Assembly: GCA_016618085.1 (NCBI GenBank)
Contig: JABLTG010000105.1
Span: 1 to 64,000, forward strand
DNA length: 64,000 nucleotides
Reading direction: 5' to 3'
Source: Neovahlkampfia damariscottae
Lineage: Eukaryota
A model generated the notes under the pieces. It saw only the letters and a program-made list of their open reading frames with translations. It was not told the DNA's origin and did no database searches. The position numbers and the translations under genes were made by a program. Below, in pieces: positions 1 through 11,798 of the stretch. Position 1 is the stretch's first letter; every line of letters begins with the position of its first letter.

Positions 1-197
1 TACAAAATTTTATTGGAAATCCAAAAACTGCCAGCACTGCTGGCGACGGTCCTATCCCGAAAGAAACCTTGATGTTAATATCTGGTCTGATTAATCAGAA
101 TGAACAGAAAAGTCAGTTTTAAGATAGCGGAATTGGAGTGGAACAAAATGATCAACTCGCCAATAAATATCTATTGGAAATCAAAGAGAATGAGTAA
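1..197 (+). CDS. 3' end of a gene entering the window; Sel1-repeat-like C-terminus
   Basis: Frame 123-197 reads DSGIGVEQNDQLANKYLLEIKENE*, resembling the Sel1 'G.GV..D...A..Y' pattern. It is preceded by an in-frame TAA at 120-122, which is either part of an intron acceptor (ttttaag) or an error. Confidence 0.3.
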
Positions 198-205
198 AAA
201 ATGAT

Positions 206-2723
206 TTATTGGATTAATGATTCTTCTTCTTGAAATTCAATTACGCGAATGTCTTGGGAACTGATTTCTCTTATTTTATTAGTACTGGTGTTTTTTTCTG
301 TCATTGCAATCAAATCGATTTCATAAGAATATGTCCACAACCAACCAGGTTGATTTCCTGGGCACAAATTAAAACAATAAGAGTTTGAAGCTTCACGTAT
401 TCTTACTGTATCATGGTATTCCAAATGACAACTTGAATTATAATCAAATCGTTGTGGTTTGTTATCTTTATTAATGAAAAACCAATGCTTTGATACTCTG
501 ACTATTTTTCTTTCTGATTTTTTTTTTGTGTCATATTTTCAAGATTGTATTGAAATTCATCAAATTCAAAGTTAGTTCTATTAAGATAGTTTTTTCCAAT
601 TTTTCTTGTAGAACTTCTGGAAATGGTTTCCAAGTATTACTTTCAAGAAATGCCCAATGAAGTGTGTCTTTCCAATCCATCTCAGTTTTTCTTTTCACAT
701 AAAGTGCATATTCTGGATATACTTGATTCTTGTCATAAATAGCATATTCATTGAACAAGAACTTAGAAGACTTTGCATATGTTGATGAAACACCCATCAC
801 TGAGTTTTTGAAAATCTTTGGGGCGACAAGTGTTCTATCATGATTTGTGAGTTGTTGAACATCTCCAAGATTTACTTTACAAAGTAAAACAATATAGTCA
901 TCATTTTCTCCGTGAACATTGCAATATGATTTTGCACAGATTGTGCATTTTGAATAACTTAAAGCTTTGGCAATATCATCTGTGAAATAAATGGCTTTAC
1001 CCAATGCTCCTCCAGTGCCCAAAGCAAACCCAACTCTTTGAATATTTCTCCAATTTGCCAAAGATGTTCCATGTAAAAGGTACACTGTACCATAGTTACT
1101 ATCAATTAAAGTTCCTAAATTTTCAAAAGTAAATGATTGTGGAAAGTTTGAGATTTTTTGTTTTGAGTTTTCAAATGCATTTTGAAATTTTGTGTTGTGA
1201 TATCTTTCAATTTTAGAGATTTTCAAGTGTGGATGATATCTAGATTTAGTCATAAACATGTCTCTAATAAGAGGTGGAACCTTTCTATCAAGGTGGAGGT
1301 TGGATGTTAATGCAATATTTTCAATCACATTCCATTCTTCTTTTCTTGGGATTTCAACAATGGAACTTTCTTCATCATCCGAAACTTCAAATTTAAGTGT
1401 TTCTTTGCTTTCAGTATGCAGTGGTGGTTGTAAATAGATTGATATTTTAGTAAGAGCAGAAGAACAAATATTTTTCTTTTCAATTTTTTCCTTTTTTGGA
1501 ATTTTTGATTGTTCAATGGAGAGCTTTGCATCATGATACGCATCACTGCATTCTTGCAAAGATGATTGATAACTTAATTTGGAACCTCCTACTTTGTTCA
1601 AAATCCTTAATCCATATAAATATTCTCTTTCAATGGAGTTGCTTTCACTTCCAAAAAAATGCTCTAAAGTACAATCAACAGTTTTTTTCACTGCAAGAGA
1701 AATTACAACAGAAGAAATTCCAGCTGCTACGACCGCCCAAAATACAGGTGCTCCAGCAAAGAAAGAAATGGAATAGAATGCAGTAAACCCATTATATCCA
1801 GAAATGATAGATATTGCATCACTAGTTGTATTTTTGAAAGTATCAAATCCTGTTTCTTGTGAATACCAATAATCATATTGAGATCTGAAAATTGAAACAA
1901 ACAAAGATGCAACAAGCAAATGTGAACTTTTCGATAATTTTAACTGTTTCAAATAATGTAATTGAAGAAGTTAAAAACACTCCTTCAAAAGCTAAATCCT
2001 TTTGAAGTTCAATGAAAAGGAGCGTTGACTGATTGTTTTTACAGTATCTCCAACCAATGACTGAAAGTTTTGCCAAAACATTCAATGCAGCAATGCCAAC
2101 AAATTTTGTATACGGAAGTAAATGTCCATTCATTTCAAAATAGGTATTATTTTTTGGAATGATCAAGTCTTTGAAAGCATGTTGACCTTTTATTGTTGTT
2201 GTTGTTGGTGAACCAATGAATGATTTTGATTGAATATCATAGATGAATTTTGATGTGACGTCACTTGATTCTTTTTCAATATCAATAGTTTTTCTTGATT
2301 TTAACTCTTGTTGTTTGATTCTTCTGGTTGTACCTGATGATGTATTTGTTTGATGCCCAGTTGAAAAATCAATGGTGTATAGATATGATTTTCTTGTCAC
2401 ATTGAATTTCTCAAGTTTCTTTTGGAAGTAGTACTCTAAAGTTAAACTCATATTTTCATCCATATCAAGAAAAGTATTTCCTTTTTGATGTGTCCATTTG
2501 TTGGAGCACGAGAACAAATGATACTTTTTGATCTGCTTTCAACAATGTTTTTTTTGAAATAAACTGTCAGTTTTTCACCTTTTTCTGTCACTTCCATTGA
2601 AACGAAATTGGAGTTGAAGCCAGTCATCAAAATATTTTGATTTTGTTCAGTGAATGTGAACCGTTCTTCTTTTAGCGTTTTTTCGAACCCTACTTCAATA
2701 TAAGCGAATGTTTGTTCCTTCAT
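206..2723 (-). CDS. WWE-domain PARP-family ADP-ribosyltransferase (WWE - hydrophobic segment - PARP catalytic - WWE - WWE), interrupted by frameshifts
   Basis: ORF 531-1952 has YLLHGT, GKAIYFT, a tankyrase-like Zn motif (CTICAKSYCNVH), LLCKVNLG and FNEYAIY (H-Y-E triad). WWE-like segments occur in 1873-2517 (YTIDFSTGHQTNTSSGTTRRI), around 510-660 and in 206-480 (YEIDLIAMTEKNTSTNKIREI). The pieces join by -1 shifts at A-runs. Confidence 0.8.
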
Positions 2724-2857
2724 GTACTGTGCGAAGGGGATTGGTTCGTTTTCTATTTATAGTTTTTCGGATATCCAAAAAGAGCAATTGAATTTTCAAG
2801 TAATTACGTATTGAATAAAAAAAACTTTACTTATGTTTTCTTGTTTTATTGAACTGT

Positions 2858-3010
2858 TTAAAGAACCCTAAAAGAACCAGAAGCAATACCCCAGCTTGAA
2901 ATCCTACTACTGAAAGAACTGACTGGATCAGAAAAGTTGAGAGGTATCCAGTAACAACAGCAGGAAGTACCTTCTTCGTTTCAGAAATTTCTTCTGTTCC
3001 GAATTGAGGT
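2858..3010 (-). pseudogene. ISG12/IFI27-like (Ifi-6-16) motif fragment
   Basis: Reads KKVLPAVVTGYLSTFLIQSVLSVVGFQAG, then after a -1 shift at a G4 run (+ cccc 2889-2892) GIASGSF. This resembles the ISG12 motif VLSAMGFTAAGIASSS. There is no ATG and the motif is truncated. Confidence 0.35.
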
Positions 3011-3092
3011 TAAGGAATCTCTTGTTATTATGATTGGATGAAAAAAAGAAAGAATTTTACTTCAAATGTTTTTTCAAGCACTTTTAAAATAC

Positions 3093-3862
3093 TCAATTCT
3101 TTTCAGAACTGATGTAATCTGGAAATAATTTAGAAACTCTTTCAACTTGTGCTTTCGTTTTTTTTGCAAAATTGCTGGCAGCCCAATTCGTAACCCAACT
3201 TGTAAAAATTAACAACCATAATATTTACCTTGGAACATATCCATTCATATCTGTTTGAGTCAAATAAACCATATTTGAACCTTTTCCATTTTCATCAGGA
3301 TAAATGTGATAACCTGCAATATGAATATCAGCACGAACACAATCAGATAATTCAGGACAATCCTTGTGAACAATACTTCGAACTATAATTGTATATTCAT
3401 CACCATTTTGATAATAATTTCTAAATGTCAAAAAATCTCTTGGATTAAGAAGACTAATTGGACTTTTATACGCATCTACAAAAATTAATTAATTCAATTT
3501 TTGAACTCACAATGAAGTATACAGTTATTTTCATCAATTTTTTCAACTAAATTCATTGATATATACAAATCTTCTGCGCAGTTCTTCACAAAAAATTCAT
3601 GGTTTGTGATCATTTCGAACATATATTTTGCTGTATGTTGCCAAGTTGTCAAAGATTTTAATATTTTGACTGATGATACTTCTGATCCTTTAGTCCAAAC
3701 TTGAATATCGTCTTCTTTCAAATTTTGATGCCAAGTTTTATCATGATTCAAAAGTAGTTCTTTAAACTCTTTAAATAAGTCTTCAGAGGGAACAGAGTAT
3801 TTTTCTTTATCTAATAAATAAAATTTTTTGAGGGTTTTTGCGTCTTTGTCTGAGTTGGTCAT
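3093..3862 (-). CDS. START (StAR-related lipid transfer) domain protein
   Basis: Three exons: PISLLNPRDFLTFR, IVRSIVHKDCP..CVRA, YLTQTDMNGYVP-SWVTNWAASNFA. Two short GT-AG introns; stop TGA at 3093-3095. Confidence 0.85.
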
Positions 3863-4187
3863 TCACTTTTTCAATCTGATTGGTCAATTTTCACTCAGCT
3901 GAATTATTGAAATAATAAAATAGATAATCCAACAGGAATCTTTTTTTGTTCTTTTGTTCTATTAAGAAGAGAGATCTACTATTTCATTGTGGTTTATTCA
4001 CTTTTTGACTTTGAACAAAGGCATCAATAGATTTTTCTGTTGCTTGGAGAACCATTTCTCTTCTTTCAATTCCAGATATTATGAATATTCCTCTTTTCAC
4101 CATTTTTTTCAAAACGGAATATTAGTCATCACACCTGATTTGTTTAAAATTTGTTCAACCGAAATTGATTTCATTGGTTAAATCAAA

Positions 4188-5798
4188 ATGAGAAAATTTT
4201 TGATAAACTGTGTTTTGCCACGAAGCCACAGAATCAGTTTTCACAAAAATAACTTTTTGGAAAATACCTTTTCCATGGTAAACCTTGACCACTTAGAATT
4301 AGAAGAAGAGAATCTTCAACAAATTTTAAAAACTGAATTAAACTTAAGAGAGAAGTTCTTGGGAAATTATTACTTGGTGGGAACATATGGAAGAAGAAAT
4401 AACCTAGAAAAAGCTATTCAACATGGTTTAAAATGCTTGGAAATTAGTAAAAAAGAGAACGTTGCCCAAGAAAATATTCCACTTGCTCAAGTTTATGCCT
4501 CACTAGGAGAATTATATTTCAAAAAAGAAGACTATGAAAATTCAATAGATATGTATAAACAAGTTTTAAAAATCGATCCTAACAATCTGTTGGTCTTAAA
4601 TTCATTGCTCAACACATGTTTCTTTTCTGGTGATTTTTTTCAAGGTCTTGAAGTTGTTGAAAAAATTTCAAATGTTCAAAATGGTATTACAGAAGAATTG
4701 ATCATAAAAAAAGCACATTTACTTGAAAAAATGACTAAATTCAAAGATGCTGAAAAATGTTTCAAAGAAGGGTTAGAAAATCATCCTGAATCGAGATTTC
4801 TTTTGAAACATTTTGCAACTTTTTACCATAATATAAATGATAAAGAACATTTCAACATGTGTTTAGATGAATATAAAAAATTGATCCCAAATGAACAATA
4901 TGATTTAGATATTGTAATTCATCTGTTAAATTCTGGAAATTTTGAAGAAGCATTTGAATTTTTGGATTTAATTCCAAAAAATTATCTTAAAAATGAAATT
5001 GAAAATGATATTGATTTATCAAATAAAAAAGAAATTATTTTAGGATTGTTGTTTCAATGGTCAGAAAAAATTGGAATCTCAATTGAAGAAGATGTGAAAT
5101 GTTTGAATTTTATAGATGAATTTTCAAACAATGAAAGTCAAAGATTAATTGTGAAAGTTAATAAAATCAAAAGAAAAATTTATGATGACAATATCTCCAT
5201 TTTAGAAGATTTAAAACAAGCAACTGAATTAGTCAAAGGATCATTAGAAAATGCGTTAATTTGTATCAATTATTCAGATAAACTTCATAAAGATCACCCT
5301 GAAGAAGCCATTCAATATTTAAAATATGCATTTGAAACATTATCTCAAATTGAAAATTTACAATTTCAAGATACTTTAAATTTCAAATTTTTCTTAGACC
5401 CTATTATATTTTTGATTGATAAAAATGAGAATTCTCTTGCTTTTGAATTTATTGATATCTGTCAGAAAGGATTTGGTGAAAAATATTTTTCCGGATTCGA
5501 AACCTTGAAAGGATACAATCATTTCTACAAAAGAAATTTTGATGAAGCTTTGAACTATTTTGAAAAAGTAAAAGATTCAAAAATAATTGAAGACCCATTT
5601 CGTTCTGTTAATTTTATGTTGGCAGTTATCTATTTTGAAAAACAGGATTACAAATTAGTCATTGAACATGGTGAGAATTCATTGGAATTATTTCCAAATT
5701 TGATTCCTGATAAATTATATGAAATCTTATCCATTTCATTTGAAAAACTTGGTAACAAAGAAAAATCTGAATTCTATAAAAACCAAATCTCTCAATAA
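4188..5798 (+). CDS. TPR-repeat protein, possibly mitochondrion-targeted
   Basis: Intronless 536-aa ORF with TPR motifs (YASLGELYFKKEDYENSIDMYKQVLKIDP; KGYNHFYKRNFDEALNYFEKV) and a basic, acid-poor N-terminus. Confidence 0.85.
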   Translation: MRKFLINCVLPRSHRISFHKNNFLENTFSMVNLDHLELEEENLQQILKTELNLREKFLGNYYLVGTYGRRNNLEKAIQHGLKCLEISKKENVAQENIPLAQVYASLGELYFKKEDYENSIDMYKQVLKIDPNNLLVLNSLLNTCFFSGDFFQGLEVVEKISNVQNGITEELIIKKAHLLEKMTKFKDAEKCFKEGLENHPESRFLLKHFATFYHNINDKEHFNMCLDEYKKLIPNEQYDLDIVIHLLNSGNFEEAFEFLDLIPKNYLKNEIENDIDLSNKKEIILGLLFQWSEKIGISIEEDVKCLNFIDEFSNNESQRLIVKVNKIKRKIYDDNISILEDLKQATELVKGSLENALICINYSDKLHKDHPEEAIQYLKYAFETLSQIENLQFQDTLNFKFFLDPIIFLIDKNENSLAFEFIDICQKGFGEKYFSGFETLKGYNHFYKRNFDEALNYFEKVKDSKIIEDPFRSVNFMLAVIYFEKQDYKLVIEHGENSLELFPNLIPDKLYEILSISFEKLGNKEKSEFYKNQISQ

Positions 5799-5841
5799 AA
5801 TCACTTCTCTTCACATTTTTTTTGTCCAATAAAAATCAAGA

Positions 5842-7439
5842 ATGGCTTCAACCATTTTGTTTGTTCCTTCTGAGAAACAAAACTCTGATTTATTAAAACA
5901 ATGTAAGTTTTTTATAAAAAACGATAATTAACAACAAAAAGGTGCAAAGAGTATCATTTCAGGAATTGTAGCAAATCATAAATATGAAGTAATTAACATA
6001 CTTTCAACAAATGGAAATAAGGTGGATGTGATCCATTCATACTCTTCAGAATTGGACAGTTTAACAAAATCATTGTAAAAAATAAAAAAAAAAAAATTCA
6101 AAAACAAAAGTGAAAAAATCAAATTTGTGAACGAAAATGAAAATTGGGCAACTCAATTACCAAAAATATATTCATTAATCGAAGAATCTACTGGAATTCA
6201 TTCAAAAGTACAAATAACAATATTAACCGATTCTTTATTGAACTCAAAAGATTTATGGAAAATCAGACCCATTTATGATATGAAAGTTCATATTTTTTGT
6301 GAAAAGATTAACAATTTTGAAAATGAAAACTTGATTAATTTTTCAAAAATATTTCAAGGATATTTTGAATATATCAAAAATATTGACGATTCAATTCCAA
6401 AATTCATTTCAAATCATTGTAACAGAAAAAATTTTTTTTGACAATTTCAAGATGGAAAATATGCAGGATTTATTGCGTATGGACATTTAATTTCAGGTAT
6501 AAGTTTACATCCAGATCCAAATTTATCTTTATGGGACTTCAAAATTCCAAGCGTTCTTTCAATTTTTGGTTTTTGTGATTCTAATCAAATTTCATCACCA
6601 AAATGTATTTCGAGACACACTATTTTGAACTCAAAGAAAAAGTCAAAAAAAATTGTGAAAAAAATTGATCAAAATGTTATTTTATCAAATGCATGTAAAT
6701 CTGATGACAAAGAAGCGTCATTGTATGAAATTTTGCATGAATCTTTGTTTTACAATAAATTATGCGCAATTATTAGATTTGATGAAAAGAAATATCAATT
6801 TGGATGTATTACAACAACAAATGAAAAAGAAAGATCAGGTAAATTTGAAACTTTTTATTCACAAAATATCAGCTTTACTTTTTAGTATATTTGATCCAGA
6901 AATAGATTGGTTGTCAGATAATTTTGGTTCTATTTTGAGTCATTCAATATTGGATAACTTCAAATCATCACATAAAATCGTTCATCATGATCAAAAATTA
7001 TTCAAGAAACCGATTGAAACAGCCACCAATTTTATTATGACTCCATCACTTGAAGAAGTCCCTGTAATTAAAAATTGAGATTTTAATCATTTTTTTTGAA
7101 GATTTACTTCGAAGAATTAGTAAACAAATTGAAAATTGAAAATATTCAAATTGGAGACATCATTGTTGAATGTAGTAAAATTCAAATGTTGAGTCTTGCT
7201 TTCAACATGAGAAATTTAGTTGAATTGTTAATTTCAACATTAAAATCAAATCCAACAAGAAATAAATCAATATTTGATGACATAAATAATATAATTTTGC
7301 AACTTGATCAAGGAACCATTTTGAATCTGCTTGAACGTAAAATATTTTTTTTTCATCCAAATTTTTAGGTTCTGATGGAAATTTGTCTCAAGAAACGAAA
7401 AAAATTAAAATCAGCCCTTTTTCAGATGTGTTAAATTGA
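5842..7439 (+). CDS. INTS14: Integrator complex subunit 14 (VWA9)-like
   Basis: Spliced product (6 short introns) contains YGHLISGISLHPDP, LSIFGFCDSNQISSPKCISRHTIL, LYEILHESL..CAII and SALLFSIFDPEIDWL. These are colinear with human INTS14 CGHL..VFPRP / IVGF..ISSPPVLSRHLVL / LLHGSL / SNLMMSLFEP..PWL as recalled. Confidence 0.7.
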
Positions 7440-7475
7440 AATTAAATTTTTATTTTTAAACTTTCGATTTTTTTT

Positions 7476-7485
7476 TGACCAATCA
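7476..7485 (+). promoter_or_regulatory. CCAAT box (representative of a window-wide motif)
   Basis: TGACCAATCA with CCAAT at 7479, 21 nt before the ATG at 7500; the same motif precedes most genes. Confidence 0.7.
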
Positions 7486-7499
7486 AATAATACATAAAA

Positions 7500-9487
7500 A
7501 TGGAAGATGAAGTTGTGGTCAAGTTGGAAGATAAAGAAAAAAACCACTTCAAAATGATTTCATTGAAAAAAACGTTAAAATGGGATGAAGTGTTACACAA
7601 AATTCAATCTTACAATAAAAACGCTGATGGTATAAAATTTCTGGATTCACAACAAGACTTAATTCATGTTTCATCAGAAGAAGAGTGGGTCATCGCCATA
7701 GAAGTCGGTATTAATATGTGTTATATTGTTGAAAAAGTTCCAGACAAAGAAAACGTAGTTGAAGTTAGTGAAGAAAAAAAAGTGGAAAACCCAATCATAG
7801 TAGACTCCAAAATTGGAGAAACTATTCAAATTATGGAAGAAATTGCTGAAGAAAAGGAAACTGATCCCATTGAATTTCAAAAATTCTTACAAGAAGGAGC
7901 AGATGTGATAACAATTGAAGAAGAAGACAAGGAAACTATCGATCTCACACATGAAACAATGGAACTTCATTTTGAACCATCAGAACCATTTATTGGTAAT
8001 GAAGAAGTAAGCATTGATTCGAAATATTCCATTCAAAACTATGCACTATTCAAAAAAGACATAAACAATTTGACAAATCAAAAAATTCTTTCTGTAGCTT
8101 TGGAAAAGAAAAAAAAATTGTCCAAAGAAGGATTTAAAGAAACTTTAATTCAAGAAACTAAAACAAAAAATTTTTATAAATTTATTCATGAATACCAGCC
8201 AAAGGATGTCAAAAGATCAGCTTCAGATGAAGAAATTTATAAATTATTCATTAAATGTGAGAGATTTATTCCTTCACTTCATGGCATAAAACTTGAAGTT
8301 AAAAGAAAACTTGAAGAAAAAAGTTTGAATTATAAACCTCAACAAATAGAAGCTGCAAGAATTATGAGAGAAAAAGAGTGTATTCAACTCATGAAAATAG
8401 GTGGGAATGTTGATGTATTTCACAAAGAAGCAGTTGAAAATGCAACTCAAAAATTAAAATTGTATTTTAATTTGCAAAAACAACAAAATAGTCAACCACC
8501 ACCAAAACAACAAAATAATGAAATTGAAGAAAAGATTGTCATTGTTCCTTCAAATGAAAATCTATTTTTAATGAAAGATGAACCAAAAGAAAAAAAAAAG
8601 AAAATTGAAACATCTTCAAATATTGATGACAACCAAATGGTCATTGAAAAAATTGAACTGAAAAAAGATAGAAAAAATAAGAAAACTACTCTTTGTTCTT
8701 ATGAGTCAAGTGGATTTTGTAGATATGTGAATATTAAACATGCAAAGAACATATGTGAATATCAACATTCTTTTAAAAGACCATATGGAAAATTTAGTTT
8801 GTTCGCATTGTCAAGTTCTGTTCATACAACAGTTCTTAATTCATTTACCAAAACATTTCCTGGAGCAAAAGTTCATCAAATTCAAGGAATACAAAATGAT
8901 GTACTTTTCAAACTTTACAAACAGAAAGAAAAAGAAATTGCAAATTCTAGAGGAAAGTTGAATGCAAGAAATTTATTTCATGGAACCAGTAAGATCAATG
9001 TTTTTAACTAATTTTCAAAGATTCAAGTATTATGAATAATATCTACAAATCTGGATTCATTTTACCATCAGATTTTGAAGGTGGAACTACTTGTAAATAC
9101 AGTCAAGTTGGAAAACCATCATTATGTCTAAAGAATTGTAAACACTGCTCAAATACATCTCAACATCAATGGAATAATTGTCATATGTATGGGCTTGGTT
9201 TATATTTCGCAGACAAAGCAGTCAAATCTGATAAATATGTCAATGGATTTAAAGATAAAAAAAAAATGTTAGTTTGTAAAGTGATTCTTGGAAATGAATT
9301 TATGATTGATAGAGATTTAAAAAAAAATGATGAATTTCATGATTTAGTCATTCCTCCAAGAGGTTTTGATTCAATTTATGCAAAAGGAAGAAAAGGAGCA
9401 ACCAATGGTTTGGGTGTAGTTAATAATGAATTTGTTATTTTCAACGCCTATCAAGTTTATCCAATGTATGAAATTGAATACTCATAA
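7500..9487 (+). CDS. PB1 + CCCH-like zinc finger + PARP catalytic domain protein
   Basis: N-terminal PB1-like IKFLDSQQDLIHVSSEEEW; CSYESSGFCRY..CEYQH; LFHGT (intron about 8989-9019), YGLGLYFADKAVKSDKY, MLVCKVILG, NNEFVIFNAYQVYPMYEIEY. Confidence 0.85.
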
Positions 9488-9542
9488 ACTTTTCATTATT
9501 TTATTCACTTTGATTGGACTATTTTTTTGAAAGGTTTTTGAA

Positions 9543-10009
9543 ATGGTGCAACATTGTGATGGTGACATTTCTGAAATTTGTTTTGCTTATTCGATAGTTG
9601 GATGTTTTTATTTATGTTGTTCATTACCAGCTCATTGTATAATGTGTTGTTGTCCTCCTTTTGCAATTTGGCTTCAAAACATTGAAGGTTTGAATGGTTA
9701 TAAAGACAGATACGGAATTTTTGGATGTTTTGGAAAAGATCCACAAGAAAGAGCGGATCCATCAGTTCAAGGTGAATTTTTTTTTGTAATTCATTTCTTT
9801 TAGGCCACATCACAACTTTTTGGGATATTCCTTTTCATAGAGCTATCGTTATATGCTTCATTTTGACTTTACTAGGTTTCTTTCCTGGTGTAATTTTTGC
9901 GTTTGTGATGGTTTATAGACATTTATTTTCTTTCCTCATTGATAGTGGTTTATGCTGCTCTTGTTTTTCAAATTGTTGGATTTCAACTTGCTGTATAAAG
10001 AATAAATAG
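9543..10009 (+). CDS. Cys-rich Pmp3/UPF0057-like small membrane protein
   Basis: CCCPPFAIWL ... (intron 9772-9803) ... ICFILTLLGFFPGVIFAFVMV matches the Pmp3 proteolipid pattern with a long insert; Cys-rich tail. Confidence 0.65.
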
Positions 10010-10087
10010 TATATTTAACAAATAAAAATAAATTTTGTATTTTTATTTCGGAAATTTTATCCAATAAAAAAGAACTCTTTTTTTTTC

Positions 10088-11114
10088 ATGACAGACCAAA
10101 AAAAATTAGTTTGGTTAGATTGTGATCCTGGTCATGATGATGCAATGGCTATAATTTTAGCTGGTCATAATGATAAAATTGAGTTACTCGGCATCTCAAC
10201 TGTATGTGGAAACCAAACAGTTGAAAAAACCACTTTAAATGCATTAAAAACTTGTCATGTCAGTGGATTAGACCACATTGATGTCGTAAAAGGACAACAT
10301 CAACCATTAGTTGCGAAAGTCAAAATGTACAAAAAAATTAATTTATCCTGTTTTTAGTTGTCCTGAAATTCATGGTGAATCTGGATTAGATGGTCCTGAA
10401 TTTCCAAAGGTTGAAAGAAAACCAGTTGATGAAAAAGCTGTTAATTACATGTACAAAGTAATTTCAAAACAAAAACAAAAAGTTCATATTGTTGCAACTG
10501 CTCAATTGACCAACATCGCTTTATTATTGTCAATTTATCCAGAAGTAAAATCAAATATTGATACTATTGTATTCATGGGTGGTGCTATTGGAATGGGAAA
10601 TACATCACCAGGAGCAGAATTTAACATTGAAGTATCATCAAATTTATTTTTTACATTTTCATGAAAGTGTGACCCAGAAGCTGCTAAAATTGTCATGGAA
10701 AGTGGTTTAAATATTGTAATGGTACCTATTGAAGTTACTCACCATGTCCTTGTTACAAAAAAAATTTTAAAAAGACTTCAAGATATGAATTCAAAATTCT
10801 CAAATTTTGTTAAAGAATTACTGTTATTCTTTCAAGATTCTTATTTGAAAACATTTAATTTTGGTGATCCTCCTCTTCATGATCCATGCGCGGTTGCTTA
10901 TGTTGTCAATCCAGATTTATTTGAAACTCAATTTATGAGAGTTGATGTTGACACTTTCCCAACAAGTTATGGAAGGACTAACTGTGATTTATATTCATTT
11001 TCAAAATTACCAAAAAATGTCACAGTTGCTTTAAAAATTGATGTTGAAAAATTTTGGAATTTGATGTTCGATTCATTTGAAAAAACAAATGCAATTTCAA
11101 TTTTGAACAAATAA
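10088..11114 (+). CDS. Inosine-uridine preferring nucleoside hydrolase
   Basis: WLDCDPGHDDAMA, IHGESGLDG, AEFNI.CDPEAA, PLHDPCAV; two introns. Confidence 0.95.
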
Positions 11115-11158
11115 ATTTTATTTCTGCCAATGATTGGATAAAAAAAAATTGAACAATT

Positions 11159-11788
11159 ATGGACCTTTCTCAAAAACCGAATTTAAGAAGTAAAGGGTCA
11201 AGAAGAGGAATTAAAACGAATAATACAGTGAAATTTGATGTCATTTCTGATGAAATTGAACATAAAAACACGACTTTTGATGTGTATAAAGTTGAAGATG
11301 GACCAACAAACTATCATTCAGGTTATCGTGGATACAGTGTATATGATTTACCACAATCATTAAATAAAGATAAAAGATGGGAAAAAATAGATGAAATAAA
11401 AAACAACCCAAATTATGTTGTTATTGAAAACAAAGTGGGTGGAAAAGCGAAGAAATTTGATGACATCTACGTACAAAATGGAGATGAGGATTCTACAGAA
11501 GAAGAAGAAGATAATGTTGTCAATTATATTCAAGGAAGAAAAGGAAAAGAAGTCAAGAAAAAAAGAACACCTGGAAAAAAAGGAGTAAAAAAACAAGAAC
11601 AAAATGATGGAAAAATCAAAACAGATGCTGAATATGTTGTTCAAATTCAAACTAAAGTGAAAAAAAATGAAGGTACACTTTATAGAGATGAAGATGCAGG
11701 ATATTGTTCTCCAGAGTATATGAAAGGAATAGAAAAAAACAATCAAAAGAAAAAGAGAAAAAAAGTGAAAGATCAATGTTCTTTATAA
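11159..11788 (+). CDS. Hypothetical charged low-complexity protein
   Basis: 209-aa ATG ORF with typical codon usage and an upstream ATTGG; no domain recognised. Confidence 0.65.
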   Translation: MDLSQKPNLRSKGSRRGIKTNNTVKFDVISDEIEHKNTTFDVYKVEDGPTNYHSGYRGYSVYDLPQSLNKDKRWEKIDEIKNNPNYVVIENKVGGKAKKFDDIYVQNGDEDSTEEEEDNVVNYIQGRKGKEVKKKRTPGKKGVKKQEQNDGKIKTDAEYVVQIQTKVKKNEGTLYRDEDAGYCSPEYMKGIEKNNQKKKRKKVKDQCSL

Positions 11789-11798
11789 AATTTTTTAA

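Noticed and set aside
11360..11776. Hydrophobic Phe/Ile-rich antisense ORFs (also 19576-20007, 31040-31387 and others)
   Set aside because: Antisense shadows of Lys/Glu-rich coding sequence in AT-rich DNA.
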